A program made the position numbers and the translations under genes. From Octopus vulgaris (lineage: Eukaryota), in the NCBI GenBank assembly GCA_951406725.2, contig OX597836.1, forward strand, positions 5,394,001-5,458,000: a stretch of 64,000 nt of DNA, in the 5' to 3' direction. Shown one piece after another: positions 41,501 through 54,752 of the stretch; the first letter of the stretch is position 1; the number at the start of each line of letters is the position of its first letter. A model generated the notes under the pieces. It made no database searches, was not told the origin of the DNA, and saw nothing but the letters and a program-made list of their open reading frames with translations.

Positions 41501-42023
41501 TATTAATTCTTGCAATTCAATTCATAATTATATTGTATTCTTTTCAATTAATTGCGAAATCACTTTAATGTAACAAAATCTGCAGCGAACCTATATGAAG
41601 GATTCCTTCGGGATTTGTCAAGTCATTGACACTATGAATTAATTTTCCGATGCTTCTTCCCGCCATGTTTTTTTTACTGCTGCGATGAAACGTACGGAAC
41701 ATCATGGAAGACAATAACATTTTATTGCAAATTAACAACTGTGTGAAATATAGCACCTCGGTATACAAAAACGCATTTAACAGGACGTTGCCCGTTGTAT
41801 GAGATGACATGTGTTTGTGTGATGGTTGTTTGTATACAACTATGGGCTTTTCCCTCTTTCTCTGAGTCTGCGCGCATGCGAGTATTTTTGTGCGTGTATC
41901 ACTTCATGTAGATTGGTACGAGTGTATATATATATATATATATATTTCTTTTGCATCGTATGTTAGCCAATATATACATATACATACACACATACATACA
42001 TACATACATACATGCATACATAC

Positions 42024-42071
<48 letters not shown>

Positions 42072-42685
42072 CGGGAGAGAGAGAGAGAGAGAGAGAGAGA
42101 TAAATAGATTTTTATACACATACGTGTACATATGTATATCCATAAGTTACATCCATAAAATATCGACATAAATATGTAAACCTGTATACACGGATATGTG
42201 CGCGTGTGTGCGTAGGCTTTTATTTTATTCTAAGGACATATTAGCGTACGCATACATTAATATATTTGTATAGATGACTTATAAATATATATACATATAC
42301 ATAAATATACATGTTTATTATTATGCATATCACATATATACATATATTTATATAAGTATGTGTGTGTGTGTGTCCGTGTCTGTGTATCTGAGTATGTGTG
42401 TGTGACCGATAAAAAGCTGTATGATTGCATAAAAAAGGTTAATAAAAGAAATATGTTTATAATGTATCAACATAAAAGAATACTACCGGTGGTTATTGAT
42501 TGATTGGAGCTATCGACTGACTATTTAGATATACACGGTACATACATACATTACGTAGCGTAAATCTATGTGTCTGTTCCATGCGCTTGCCTGCTTCCGG
42601 CTATACGTTTGTCATTAGGTATGTGTGTGTCCGACTTGTGTGAGTTTGCACGTGTGCATATATATATATATGTGTGTGTGTGTGC

Positions 42686-42782
<97 letters not shown>

Positions 42783-43134
42783 TACATGTATAGATTTTCA
42801 TGTATATATAAGCCAGCTAAGAAGAGAGCGTCGTGTGGATGCAAATTCATATTTTCTACATTCAGTGAAATTATATGTGTGCCTATTCCGAAAATATATA
42901 CATGTATGTACCTATACATATGTGTGTATGTGTGGGCGTGCGTTTGTATGCATGTATGTATTTTTGTGGGTAAAATCTAGCTCCTGTGACAGGGTATGTT
43001 CTGTGTTGATGGCGATTCGGAAATCACAATTCGCAAAAGCCGTTCCGATAAAAATTGTCTGAAGATAGAGACTAGAAAATACAGAAACCTATTGATGTTG
43101 TCGCTGTATTCACAACAAACGGTACTTTAATTGC

Positions 43135-43174
<40 letters not shown>

Positions 43175-43459
43175 TGATGTTTACATATATATAAATACAT
43201 AAATCAATATATGTGTGTATGTTGTGTACATAGGTTTACCCATAAAGATTTCATTAGGACAAGCACAGCTTGTGTATACTTAGTACTATGTATCAGGATA
43301 TGTATGTTTTTAGTGGTTAGAGAAGCTAAGCGTATGTAACAAATGTGCATGCGTCATACAGAGTGGAAAAGACACAATATACTTAACGTCTGACCTCTGA
43401 CCTCTGACATCTGCCTGAAGTCAGAACGCCATAATGTACCGTTAGCTCCAACACGCATT

Positions 43460-43924
43460 TTTTTCTTTCCTTGTTTCTCTCCTTGTTTCTTTTCTGTATA
43501 TCTTTCAGTCGAAGAGCGTAGGCTCGAAACGTAAAAGACTTGTTCTATTTCTATTCCTGAGCGCCATACTAATACATTTGTTTGTTTGTACTCCACCAGC
43601 CTTCGTCTTTTGTTTATTTTCGTAAACCTGCCTTCGTCTTTTGTTTATTTTCGTAAACCTGCCTTCGTCTTTTGTTTATTTTCGTAAACCTGCCTTCGTC
43701 TTTTGTTTATTTTCGTAAACCTTCCCGACCTCGTGTGTACCGTTGGCGATTTTTTTTCCTCTATCTTCCTTTCTCTGGATCTTTCTTTCTCCTATGTTTC
43801 CGACGAAGAGCTCCGCTCGGAACGTTAAACCCTCCTTCTTTCCTTCTTTCCTGAGCGTCCAATAATACTATATTTGTTCCACGTCCTCGCGTTGTTGTGT
43901 TTTTTTGTGCTTACATGTTTGGAT

Positions 43925-43930
<6 letters not shown>
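43460..43930 (+). mobile_element. Tandem E1+E2 hammerhead-bearing repeats
   Basis: E1 motif at 43501-43538 (homologous to 31045-31080), then a 4x31-bp array, then a full E2 copy with its motif at 43796-43830. Confidence 0.75.
43599..43722 (+). repeat. Perfect 4 x 31-bp tandem repeat
   Basis: GCCTTCGTCTTTTGTTTATTTTCGTAAACCT at 43599, 43630, 43661 and 43692. Confidence 0.97.
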
Positions 43931-43963
<33 letters not shown>

Positions 43964-44249
43964 AATACATATATATGTATTTATAACACCGAGATTAATG
44001 TCGGATGCATATACTCAATGTATTTACAGCATACAAGTTATTCTTATATTAAGGGACCAAAACCCTTTTCACGTTTTTTTCACTCGTTGGCCTGCAATGC
44101 GTGTACATTTTTGGTGTTTTTCAGTAGTATCTAAATGCCTCGGTATTTACAAATATGTTGGATATAGGTTGTTGTTTTCGCCCTTGCTCCCTTAATATAA
44201 ATAGATACATATACATATATCGTGAGGTATATTTGCCACCTAAATATAG

Positions 44250-44531
44250 CCGTCCCATAAGGGACGATGCTACTGAAGTATATAGCTAAAGGAAGACAAC
44301 ATTTCCAGAGTATGGAGGACTGTATTTTGTCGTCATATGGTCTCATATTATGACGACAAAGAACAGTCCTCCCTACTCTTCCAACATGCCAAAGACCACC
44401 ATGGAGGTAACTTGAGTCAGCTTGACATCCGCATCTTATCCAAGCATCCAAGAGACCGAACACTCAAAAAAATACGAGAGTACGTCCTTATAAATGAAAC
44501 CTCCCCAATACTAAATAGGAAATATACATAG
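44250..44531 (+). pseudogene. Penelope-like element GIY-YIG endonuclease C-terminal relic
   Basis: SSLLFQHAKDHHGG...IRILSKHPRDRTLKKIREYVLINETSPILNRK fits the PLE pattern S.L..H...H...IL......R.I.E...I....P.LN. Confidence 0.6.
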
Positions 44532-45161
44532 TAAATATCATTCCTCCATACTCACAGTTTACACAGGTAGAGTGGACTGTTAGGTAGATAGATGTATGTA
44601 TGTGGGTGTGAGTGTGGGTGTATGCCCAAGTATTTTTTTTATTATTTATTTTATTTTATTTATTTATTTTTGTATGTAAGCATATGGATATGAAAATAAA
44701 CAGATCAACATACAGACGGATAGGTACATAGGTTATATGAACAGACAAGCACACAGAAGGAGACAGAGGTTCATATATATACAAACAAACGCTCATACAC
44801 ATACATAGAAAATACACAAACACGCAAGCACATGAATATGCCGGATACATACATACAAATGCACACATACATACATATATACATATGCGTACACACATAT
44901 ATATACATACACATTCATACATACACAAATACATACGTACATGCATGCATAGGTACACACACACACACACACACTGACACACAGACGTGCGCTCAAACAA
45001 ACAAGGAGGAATGCAGTGTAAATAACGGACTGAGTCAAGACTATTGAAAAGGTTGCAAGACGCAACAAAATTTTGGGAAAATAAAAATAAGTGGAAATTT
45101 TACCAGTGGGTGTGTTACATTATAAGGCAAAAAAAGAAACTGTCTCTCCCCAGACACAACA

Positions 45162-45207
<46 letters not shown>

Positions 45208-45419
45208 TTTTTAAACTCTATAATATTTTCGTAGTTTTTTAACGTGAAACATGTGGTAGACTTAATTCACAAATAAAGAAGTTATATCTACCAATGTGCT
45301 GCTGACCTGATCTTCATCGTTCGATATATATATATATATATGTATACATGCACATATACATATGTGTATATATATATATGTCTACATACATACACTGACA
45401 GACAGACACACACACACAC

Positions 45420-45463
<44 letters not shown>

Positions 45464-45807
45464 CGTATAGATGAACACATTTCTAGGTGACATTTTATAG
45501 TAGACTAATTTAGACATATTTAGATATAGGGCCAGCATGTGAAAAAGAGGATAAATCAACTCACAATCTCCAGCGCCATAGGGCAGTGTGACTGTGTAAA
45601 CGGTACCGTAAAGGCCATGTGCTTTGTGTATGTATCGAAAATGTATAACAACCGATATATATATATCACAGGTGATCTTGAGCTAAATTCTATTTTTAAA
45701 TGTCTTGCTTCGAGAGCTGGATTCGGTACGATTCGTTTATTTTTGGTAGTAATGACTTTGAAAGTCCCTCCTAGCGTGTGGCATTTATGTGTAATGCCCT
45801 CTATATA

Positions 45808-45871
<64 letters not shown>

Positions 45872-46069
45872 GAAAAGAGTGTTGTCTTTAAGAAAATATA
45901 CAATCTTCGAGACAGAATGATTTCGAGTGTATACGTTAAAAATTGTAAGACACTGAATGTGTGTAGCTGGAGATACCATGCAGGGTTATAGAATATAGAA
46001 TACCGAGGTGAGAGTGAAATGGAATAGATAGTCTGAGGAAAGTAGTTCATACTAATTCAATAAACAGAG

Positions 46070-46122
<53 letters not shown>

Positions 46123-46582
46123 CACTAATAATAATAACAACAATAATAACATATATATATATATATATATAAGCAATACTAAATCTGAGAGCGCGGCGTA
46201 CGCACACTTTCTTCTCTTATATATATATGAAAATAGTTAGACACAATTTCTGAATGTTGACTGGATAGAAAACGAACGAGTAGATAATAATTATAGGGAC
46301 ATGGTTCGCAATGTATAAAAACACGCCATTGTAGATATTGATTTTTTTTAGATGAAGAAAGGAAATGAAGTAGAAGAAAAAAAAGAATAATAAATAAAAA
46401 TACATCTACAATACAGAAGACGTTTAAATTAGGTTGGGAATGCGCGTTTTATTTATTTTTTTTTTTTTTTTTTTACTTTTTCAGATGTCGAATCAATTGA
46501 GAGAATGAAGGAAAACATCTCTTGCGAAAGTGATCTAATTAATGGCGGAGACTCCTTGTTAGATATGATAGTTTATAAGCTA

Positions 46583-46639
<57 letters not shown>

Positions 46640-46668
46640 ATGTGTGTGTGTGTGTGTATGTATATATA

Positions 46669-46700
<32 letters not shown>

Positions 46701-46704
46701 TACA

Positions 46705-47008
<304 letters not shown>

Positions 47009-47014
47009 CCACAT

Positions 47015-47142
47015 ATATGCCAACTCCACTCACAAGGCTTCGGTCTATAGTAGCCACCTGTCTAAGATGTCATGTAGTGGGACCGAAAACAGAACCATGT
47101 GGTTGGAAAAGAAACTTCTTACCACACAGCCACCACTGCGCC
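47015..47142 (-). mobile_element. SINE family A 5' fragment
   Basis: CCACTCACAAGGCTT...ACCATGTGGTTGG...TTACCACACAGCCAC. Other fragments at 48530-48670 (-) and 61768-61925 (+, 3' half). Confidence 0.75.
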
Positions 47143-47197
47143 TATCTACTCTCTCTCTCTCTCTCTCTCTATCTATCGATATATATATATATATATC

Positions 47198-47233
<36 letters not shown>

Positions 47234-47236
47234 TAC

Positions 47237-47299
<63 letters not shown>

Positions 47300-47619
47300 T
47301 ATATATATACATATATATACAGATATGTATATGTAATTGTGTTTGTGTATGAATATATCTGCGTGTGAGATTTGTGTTTGTGCTTGTCGTCATCCATCAC
47401 TACGTGACTAACAGTGTTGGTTTATTTGCGCTCTGGTAGCTCACTTTTTCACCAAAAGACGTGGACTGAGTTGATAGCGGGCTTTAAAATGCGTGTTTGT
47501 GTCGATTCCTTCAGCTTCAGGTTTTCAAACCGGTTTCACCATATGGCCTCAGTAGATACCTTGAAGAAAAAAATTTTTAATTTGCTTATGTCTATGTATA
47601 TATCCATAGATTTATGAGT

Positions 47620-48258
47620 ATATATATTGTGTGAGTTTGTGGAATTTTGCAATGTTATTTTATTTCTTTAATTTTACCCATTAACGCCTCCATCGTTTTC
47701 ACCCGTTCCACATCTGCTAATTTCGTAGCTTTCATCACCAGAGATGACCTTAAAAAAAAAATCCGGATTTGAACAAGTGTGGCACAAATTTTTCTTCAAC
47801 TGTTTTCATTCTCAGTTCCTCTCTCAAAATTCGGTGCTAAGAGCTTCATGGGGCAACAATCGCATCAACAGTTTCGTCAATTGTTCGGTGGCGGTTTTCA
47901 TTAGTTCAGGTGATGGACGATCTACCCGAACGAGATTGCTCTTCAAGTGACAAGTTACCGTTCCTAAATTGGAAAACTGCTCGTAAACTTGAGTTTGACT
48001 CATGGTAACGTCCTTGTAAGATGTTTGAAGCAGGAGAACTGTTTCGGCTGCCGTCTTCCGCAGCAGAAGACAGAATTTCATAGCAGAACGATGTACCATA
48101 GCTTCAGCCATCGCAAAATTCTGCGAACAGGATAGAATCAGCGCAAAACAAAGACACACCACGTGACAGTAGCACCTCACACGACGGTAAACTGATGCCT
48201 GAACTACAATGGGCTTGTCCCAAAGAGCGCATCAGGTTGTTTTTGGTACCGCATTGTA
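47620..48258 (-). mobile_element. Internally deleted mariner transposon relic
   Basis: N-terminal HTH (RSAMKFCLLLRKTAAETVLLLQTSYKD...QTQVYE), then after a frameshift LEEQSRSGR, KFVPHL (WVPHEL-like), KVISGDES (first catalytic D), then C-terminal ADVERVKTMEAL. TIR-like end near 48240-48258. Confidence 0.85.
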
Positions 48259-48261
48259 TGC

Positions 48262-48299
<38 letters not shown>

Positions 48300-48301
<2 letters not shown>

Positions 48302-48492
48302 CTTTTTTTCCCCTCCGTCTTCCCTTCCTTGGATCTTTCCTTTTTCTATGTTTCTGACGAAGAGCACCGGTCGAAGCGTTAAATCCTCCTTCTTACTTTC
48401 CTTTCCTGAGCGTCCAATAACACTATACTTGTTCCAAGTCCACGCGTTGTTGTGTTTCCTCTTCGCATTTTCATGTTTGGTCTAACTTTAAC
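48300..48492 (+). mobile_element. Repeat family E2 copy
   Basis: Collinear with 17097-17298; canonical CTGACGA core at 48354-48360, GAAA mutated to GAAG; TA-rich on both flanks. Confidence 0.75.
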
Positions 48493-49235
48493 TATATACA
48501 TACACACATACATATATATATATATGATATTGGCTTCTTCTAGTTTCCTTCCACTAAATGCACTCACAAAGTTTAAGTTGGTTCCGACGTATAGTAGACA
48601 CTTGTCAAATGTGCCACGGAATGTGAATGAATTGAGAACCACGTGGTTGCGACCAAGCTTCGCCTGCGCACACATAAATTTTTAATATGAAAAATATACT
48701 AAGAACTAAATAAACACGCAACTGATTCCAGGTTAAGATTCCTTAACCACATAATGTCACAAAGAATACTCACAATTGTAGGAAGCATATGCAAAATTTA
48801 AGTTGGAATTGCTATTATATACTATCTCTAACAAGAAATACACTTCTTGTTAGTCTTCAGTATCTAGAATTTCTGTCGTGTAATGTCTATAATAATACAT
48901 CAGCCGATATGCTCTTTGTGGTTAATTTCAGGTTGGTAAGCTTATTTAGCTGCGCAATCAACCTCTCTGTTCACATTCTTCAATGATTTTGTAGGACAAT
49001 CTCTTTTGTAAATATTCATGTCCGACAGTAGATTTGAGACAAGTTTTTTTTTCCTTTCACCTTATCGGTGCCAGAGTAGGTAAGAAACTAATTTGCTAAG
49101 TTGAAGACAATTCCATCCCTAACTAAACTGTAAAAACTCATCAAAACCAAGCTAAGAAGGCCCCGAAAGAAGACCATAAGAATTAAGGCAATTTTTGAAA
49201 ATAAAGAAAATGCTTTCAGTTCCTTTTAATTCCAG

Positions 49236-49334
49236 CTCAATATACATGTAGAGATGCAATACTTTGGCGCATCTTCGGCATTGAATCCTGGTGCCTCTGG
49301 CTGTTTCAGCTCATCGGTATATACCCTCATCCAG
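49236..49334 (+). CDS. Candidate 99-bp internal exon of an unidentified host gene
   Basis: Acceptor TTCCTTTTAATTCCAG and consensus donor CAG|GTGAGT; length divisible by 3; open in two frames; no recognised homology. Confidence 0.4.
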
Positions 49335-49539
49335 GTGAGTCATTCTACTTTGAACAAGTACAGTACTGTATCGAAGTATTATTTCACTGATATCCACTGA
49401 TGCTTATTTTTAAATCTGAATTTCCAGCATTAGCAAATATCATTTTATGAGCATTTTGAATAATGAAATTCAAAACTTAATAATAAATCTCTGAACGAGG
49501 TATAAACAGTAGCTGCACGACAATGTGAAGTATATTTGC

Positions 49540-49820
49540 CACTTTTTCGAGATCAGTGACATTTCGTTACTGGAAAAAGGATATATGTATTTGCATTGGG
49601 ACCCCTTTGCATCGAAGACCGGTGATTGCCGTGCGCTGATGACGAGTAAATACTCAGAAACCCGGGTCCGTGCGTATCACGCCAGGTCGACGATCGGAAG
49701 GATGGCTTCCCTTTGCAAATACTGATAGGGCAGAGAAAGTGTGTCAATAGCCAAATGGAGATGTTCTCCTGGGACTATAAGCTATAGTAGCATTCACCCT
49801 TGGTGGTTAGCCACATTTAT
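49540..49820 (+). mobile_element. Diverged second copy of the hammerhead-bearing repeat
   Basis: Shares ordered blocks with 52700-52990: CAGTGAC..GTTACTG, CGAAGASCGGTG, hammerhead, TCCCTTTGC, GATGTTCWCCTGGG, TAGCCACATT. Confidence 0.7.
49630..49674 (+). ncRNA. Type I minimal hammerhead ribozyme motif
   Basis: Stem I CGTGCG/CGTGCG (two G-U pairs), intact core CTGATGA (49636-49642), stem II GAGT-AAAT-ACTC closed by a C/A mismatch, GAAA, palindrome ACCCGGGT, GUC cleavage triplet ending at 49668. Confidence 0.8.
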
Positions 49821-49984
49821 GTGGCAAATATACTTCACAAATTCAATAATGTTATCAAGACAATTCTTAAATCGCCAACAAAGCAGTCAATGGTGAAGGT
49901 TATATATCCTTATACAAAAGCTAGCAGTAAAGTAAATTGCCTTCCCGGGTCGTATAATTACCATCTCGAGTCATACAGACTTGT

Positions 49985-50198
49985 AAGTAACGGTTTCTTG
50001 ATTTCCATGGCGTTTATTCTCCTCCACTGGGCACGACGTCGGTCTGTCGCAGGGTTCCTCATTTTTGCCAGCTGATTGGAGTGGGGTAACATGAAAGAAA
50101 TTGCTATACTCAAAACCACAACGTGTCAGCCGCTCCAGGAATCGAAACCGCGATCTAAAAGTCATGAATCCAGCACCATAACCACTAAGCCACGCGCC
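49985..50198 (-). mobile_element. SINE family D, diverged
   Basis: CTCATTTTTGCCAGC, GGAATCGAAACC and TAACCACTAAGC shared with 53066-53330. Confidence 0.8.
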
Positions 50199-50724
50199 TA
50201 CAAACGTTAGGTGTGCATTTATATATTATCGCATTTGCAATAAACAATATTTGAAGTGAAACAAATTCAATAGTTTATTCGTGGTATTTCATCAAACTCG
50301 GGTTACATCTGATAAAGAACAGATTCGAAATAGTCAAAGCCGCCAGCATTTTATAACTTAAATATCTGTTAAGCTCTCCTTTGTCGTTAAATTATGTAAA
50401 TATTGGAAATTTGGGGTATTGCAAACGATATGTAAATAGCGACATCTACCATCTTGTTCAAGTCATGAAAGTGAATTCACAACCAGTCCCTAAAAGTATG
50501 AATACGTTTTCATTGCTAACGCAAGACATAGATACATAAATATTTATATATATATCGGATCGGAGCGATATCGAGATTAAACAGCCGAAATTGCTAAGAT
50601 GATCCGGTTCCCGACTGAAGATTAGAGGCTTCGAGTGACCCGTCTTTTTTTTTGTGTCGTCTCTTTGTGTGTTTTTTGCGTTCTTGTACCACTTTGTAAT
50701 TTATAATTTATACTTAATTTCTAA

Positions 50725-50793
<69 letters not shown>

Positions 50794-50869
50794 TGTAGTC
50801 CCAATGCTTTCTTTTTGCAGTATATTGTTATATCATCATTATTAATTGTTATTCTGTTTACAGTTTTGT

Positions 50870-51300
50870 CCTCTGGTCCGTCCACTCACGGTCTCGTCTT
50901 GAGCCCGTCTCATTTCGTTATGCTTTGGTCCCGTTCTCGGTAAGTTTATTGCCGGTGCCGAGTGGAATCAATATTATCGATAATGGCCGAAATTGTGTTT
51001 GACTTTTTCTGGCCGATAACTGATGAGGGGTTGGTGAAATCTTCACCTCAACAACGAACAATGACGACTGTTAAGGCGTCAGCGCTACCCAACACGTTTA
51101 CTTCACAACCTCGATTGTGGCCGACCTCAATTGTGTTCGATGTGGTAAGCATTGCTCGGAGCCGGCTCACTCCATACCACCGCAAATCCAAGAAAGTATG
51201 TACGCATAGTAAGAGGTATACTAATGGACATAATACCTTGCCCTGTTTAACACTACCATACATTACCTCCGGTGCCTTTAACAGTGTCCTCTAAGTTGCA
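50870..51300 (-). pseudogene. Possible decayed L1/Tx1-like RT fragment
   Basis: GC-elevated island; SVKQGKVLCPLVYLL resembles SVRQGCPLSPLLY and GSADALTVVI resembles AYADDVTVI. Confidence 0.35.
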
Positions 51301-52626
51301 TGCATTTACGCCATGTCTCCGGTTCGAAGACACATCCGCCCATAGATCTCGGAATCTTTTTGCGCCCACAGATATCTGAAACTCAGGGAAGTATCATATA
51401 AACTGCCTCTCAATCTCAGTAAAACATAAAAGCATAACAAAATAGTTAAATAACATCTAATTTTCGTTTTGGATAGAAATGATATCCAGTCTGACTAAAT
51501 AATTTTATTTTTTGAAAATAAATTTATAAATCATAGAATTCCGGCTCCTGTACATGACAGTTTTGAAATATGTATACAATATAACGAATTACCTGATTTT
51601 GCCATAACACAATTTGCAATATATAGATAGTATTATTAAATTTCCGAAGAAAAAAAATATCATTTCGTTAATAAAATAGAATTTTAAATAAAAGTTGAAG
51701 GATATGAAAACGGTGCTGTAAGGGGAAAAAAATGTTCAAGCAAGAAAAAATTGTCTGTCCAAAACTTTCTCTATTAATAGATATTTGAACCTCACGAGAG
51801 AAACGTGTAGTATATTAGAAATAAAAATTGGTTGCATAATTAAGTTTAAGTGAAATTTATGGTTATATGAAAAATGGTAGACACCTTGGTGTTAAAGTAA
51901 AAGTTAGTATAGAAATATAACTTTCGGGTAATAAATTTTATGAATTTACCTGTAAGACGGAACACTTGTAAAATATATGTGTGTGTATGTATGTGTATGT
52001 ATGTATGTATGTGTATGTGTGTGTATGTATGTATGTATGTATGTATGTATGTATGTATGTATGTATGTATGTAGCAATCTGTCTAACTATCTATCTATCT
52101 CTATATATATTCTCACGTAACATATTGAAGCATGTTATCCAAGGCGAGCTATTCGTGCTTAGACGTCACGGCTTTAAGCATCACCTGGCATGCTGAAAAT
52201 AGCAGACTGGATCTGACTCTAAAACGACATTAAGTGTTCATAGAGTACAAGGAGAGAAGACAAAAAGACAAAATAAAACTAGTAAAAAATTACTGGATAA
52301 TTCTAGATCCCGGATTTCTGACATTGCATTTAGAAATGCTTTGCCTCATCACTGGAATATACTCAGAGAGAAACATAAATACATATATATATACACAACA
52401 TACGAATACTTACATATACGAACGTATACATACATATATATGCACATAAGCATCATGACCAGTTTAAAATGCCCCCTTCTTAATGTCATGTGCGATATGG
52501 TTAAAACATCACCACAGTAAATACAGTGACGAAATAAATTTAAATTTATATGAATAAGGATAAGATCATTAATTTAAATTAAATAATGATCTTATCAAGT
52601 GGCCAGCATGTAAATAAATTCTTTAT

Positions 52627-52664
<38 letters not shown>

Positions 52665-52671
52665 TAATAAT

Positions 52672-53055
52672 TCTCGCCCAGAGATTTATTATTGTTTTCG
52701 AACAGATTTTCTACGCCAGTGACTGTAGTTACTGTGAAAATCTATATATATCCAGCCGGTAGAGGAAGTCCCTCAACGAAGAGCGGTGCTTACCATACGT
52801 TGACAAGAGGCAATAACCTCGAAACCGGTCCGTGTGTAGTATCCATATCTTCGGGGAGGCTGATCTCCCTTTGCTGGCTGGCAAGGACACCGAGATGGTG
52901 TCAGCTCTTCTGGTGACGTCGATGTTCACCTGGGGCTAAATGCATCAGTAACACCCCCACCACCCCGCCCTGACCCTAGCCACATTCAGATGGCTGACCC
53001 CTCTTATGTTATAGAGCAGTTACTGTTTATATCTCGCCCAGAGATTTATTATTGT
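52672..53055 (+). mobile_element. Hammerhead-bearing 360-bp repeat unit with a 24-bp terminal direct repeat (retrozyme-like or PLE pseudo-LTR)
   Basis: TCTCGCCCAGAGATTTATTATTGT at 52672-52695 and 53032-53055; internal hammerhead; collinear homology to 49540-49820; TA runs on both sides. Confidence 0.7.
52794..52836 (+). ncRNA. Type I minimal hammerhead motif, core decayed
   Basis: Stem I CATACG/CGTGTG, core TTGACAA (two transitions from CTGACGA), stem II GAGG-CAATAA-CCTC, GAAA, palindrome ACCGGT, GUC ending at 52830. Confidence 0.7.
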
Positions 53056-53065
53056 ATATATATAT

Positions 53066-53330
53066 AATAATAATAATAATAATGAATGCGCCCTTTTAAA
53101 GCCTAGCCAGGCTCATCCGCCAGGTTTCCCGGTTTCTATGGCGTATGTGTTCCTCAGCTGGACGGGACGCCTGTCTGTCGCAGCGTTACTCATTTTTGCC
53201 AGCCGAGTGGACTGGAGCAACGTGGAATGAAGTGTTTTGCTCAAGAACACAACGCGTCGCCCGGTCCCGGAATCGAAACCACAATCTTACGATCATGAAG
53301 CCGACACCCTAACCACTAAGCTAGGCACGT
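53066..53330 (-). mobile_element. SINE family D (head and core shared with family C, different tail ending in (ATT)n)
   Basis: TAGCTTAGTGG A-box, GGTTTCGATTCC B-box, TTCTTGAGCAAAACAC, GCTCCAGTCCACTC; second copy at about 49985-50198 (-). Confidence 0.85.
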
Positions 53331-53566
53331 CCACACACACATACACACACACACGCGCGGACATTTATTTATCTAGCTGTGTTTATCTATGTATTTCTCC
53401 CTATTTATATATATAGATATATATGTGTGGGTGTGTGGGTATAGGCACACACAAATACATACAAACACACACATACACATATTTATATATATATTTATGC
53501 ATTCCGTGAGTGTGTGTATATGTGTGAGTGTATGTATGCATGTATGCATGTGTGTATATACATATG

Positions 53567-53639
<73 letters not shown>

Positions 53640-53871
53640 GTGAGAGTATGCTCATTATTTAATTAACTTATTTATCTAGCTCTGCTTATCTATCTATCTC
53701 TCCCTATATACATATACATATACATATATGTGTGTATGTGTGTGTATAGCCACCCACAAATACATACAAACACACACACGCGCACACACCTATACACATA
53801 CATACACACGCAGACACACACCCACGCACAAGCACATATTGTTATACATATAGAAAAATAAAAAGAGAAGA

Positions 53872-53906
<35 letters not shown>

Positions 53907-54716
53907 TTGATATAAATAGAAAAGTTAGCCATGTACACTATAATATACTGCATTAAATTTCAACGTATTTCAAGGCATATTACATCTCAGTTATCTTATG
54001 AAGAAGCATTCTATCTGGTTGTGTTTATAAATAGATTAAAAGAGAACATGCAGATTTTAATATCTGGCTGGCTTCTGCAAGATTGCTTTAAATTAAAAAT
54101 AAGATATGCACATCTAAAAATATGATTAGCTACTGCAATGTTGCGTCAAATTAATCTGCACGTATGAAAGCTATAATTAATTATTGAATACAATTCGAAA
54201 TATGTCAGGTTTGCGGAATTACGGAAAGAAATGAAAAAAGAAGCAGAAAATACAATCGCTAAACGTGAGATATCATTTTAAAAGAAGCGATATAAAAGAA
54301 AATTGGATTGGAAGAATGTATTTGACAAGGGAAAAGATTATGGGGGTGTCATAAACTGAAAATAAAGTGAAATAGATATATAAGATTTGGAATGTGTTTA
54401 TTAATTCGTTTATGAATTTATCGCGAAACTATATTGTGTTATGTCAGAAAGAACAAGACGTACATTGACAGGATGTCAGCGAATAATTATTGCTAATTAC
54501 AATGCAAGTAGCTAAGACAGTAATCAAATATCGGAGCTGCTAGGTCACTATTTATGAGTGAACGAATATTTGATCGACATAAATTAGCAGTATTTGAATA
54601 TATTTGACGTTTGTGATCATAAAATCTGCTCTGCGGCCTCGATGTATCGCTCTCACTCGCATTCAGCGACAGCTTGTTCAAAATGTTTCTATTATAAAAT
54701 GGTAATGTGTGCGTGG

Positions 54717-54752
<36 letters not shown>

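Noticed and set aside
43599-43722. 31-bp repeats as a CRISPR array
   Set aside because: The units are contiguous with no spacers.
51019-51045. CTGATGA...GAAA as a hammerhead (similar cases at 7437 and 29297)
   Set aside because: Stem II, stem I or the cleavage triplet cannot be formed convincingly.
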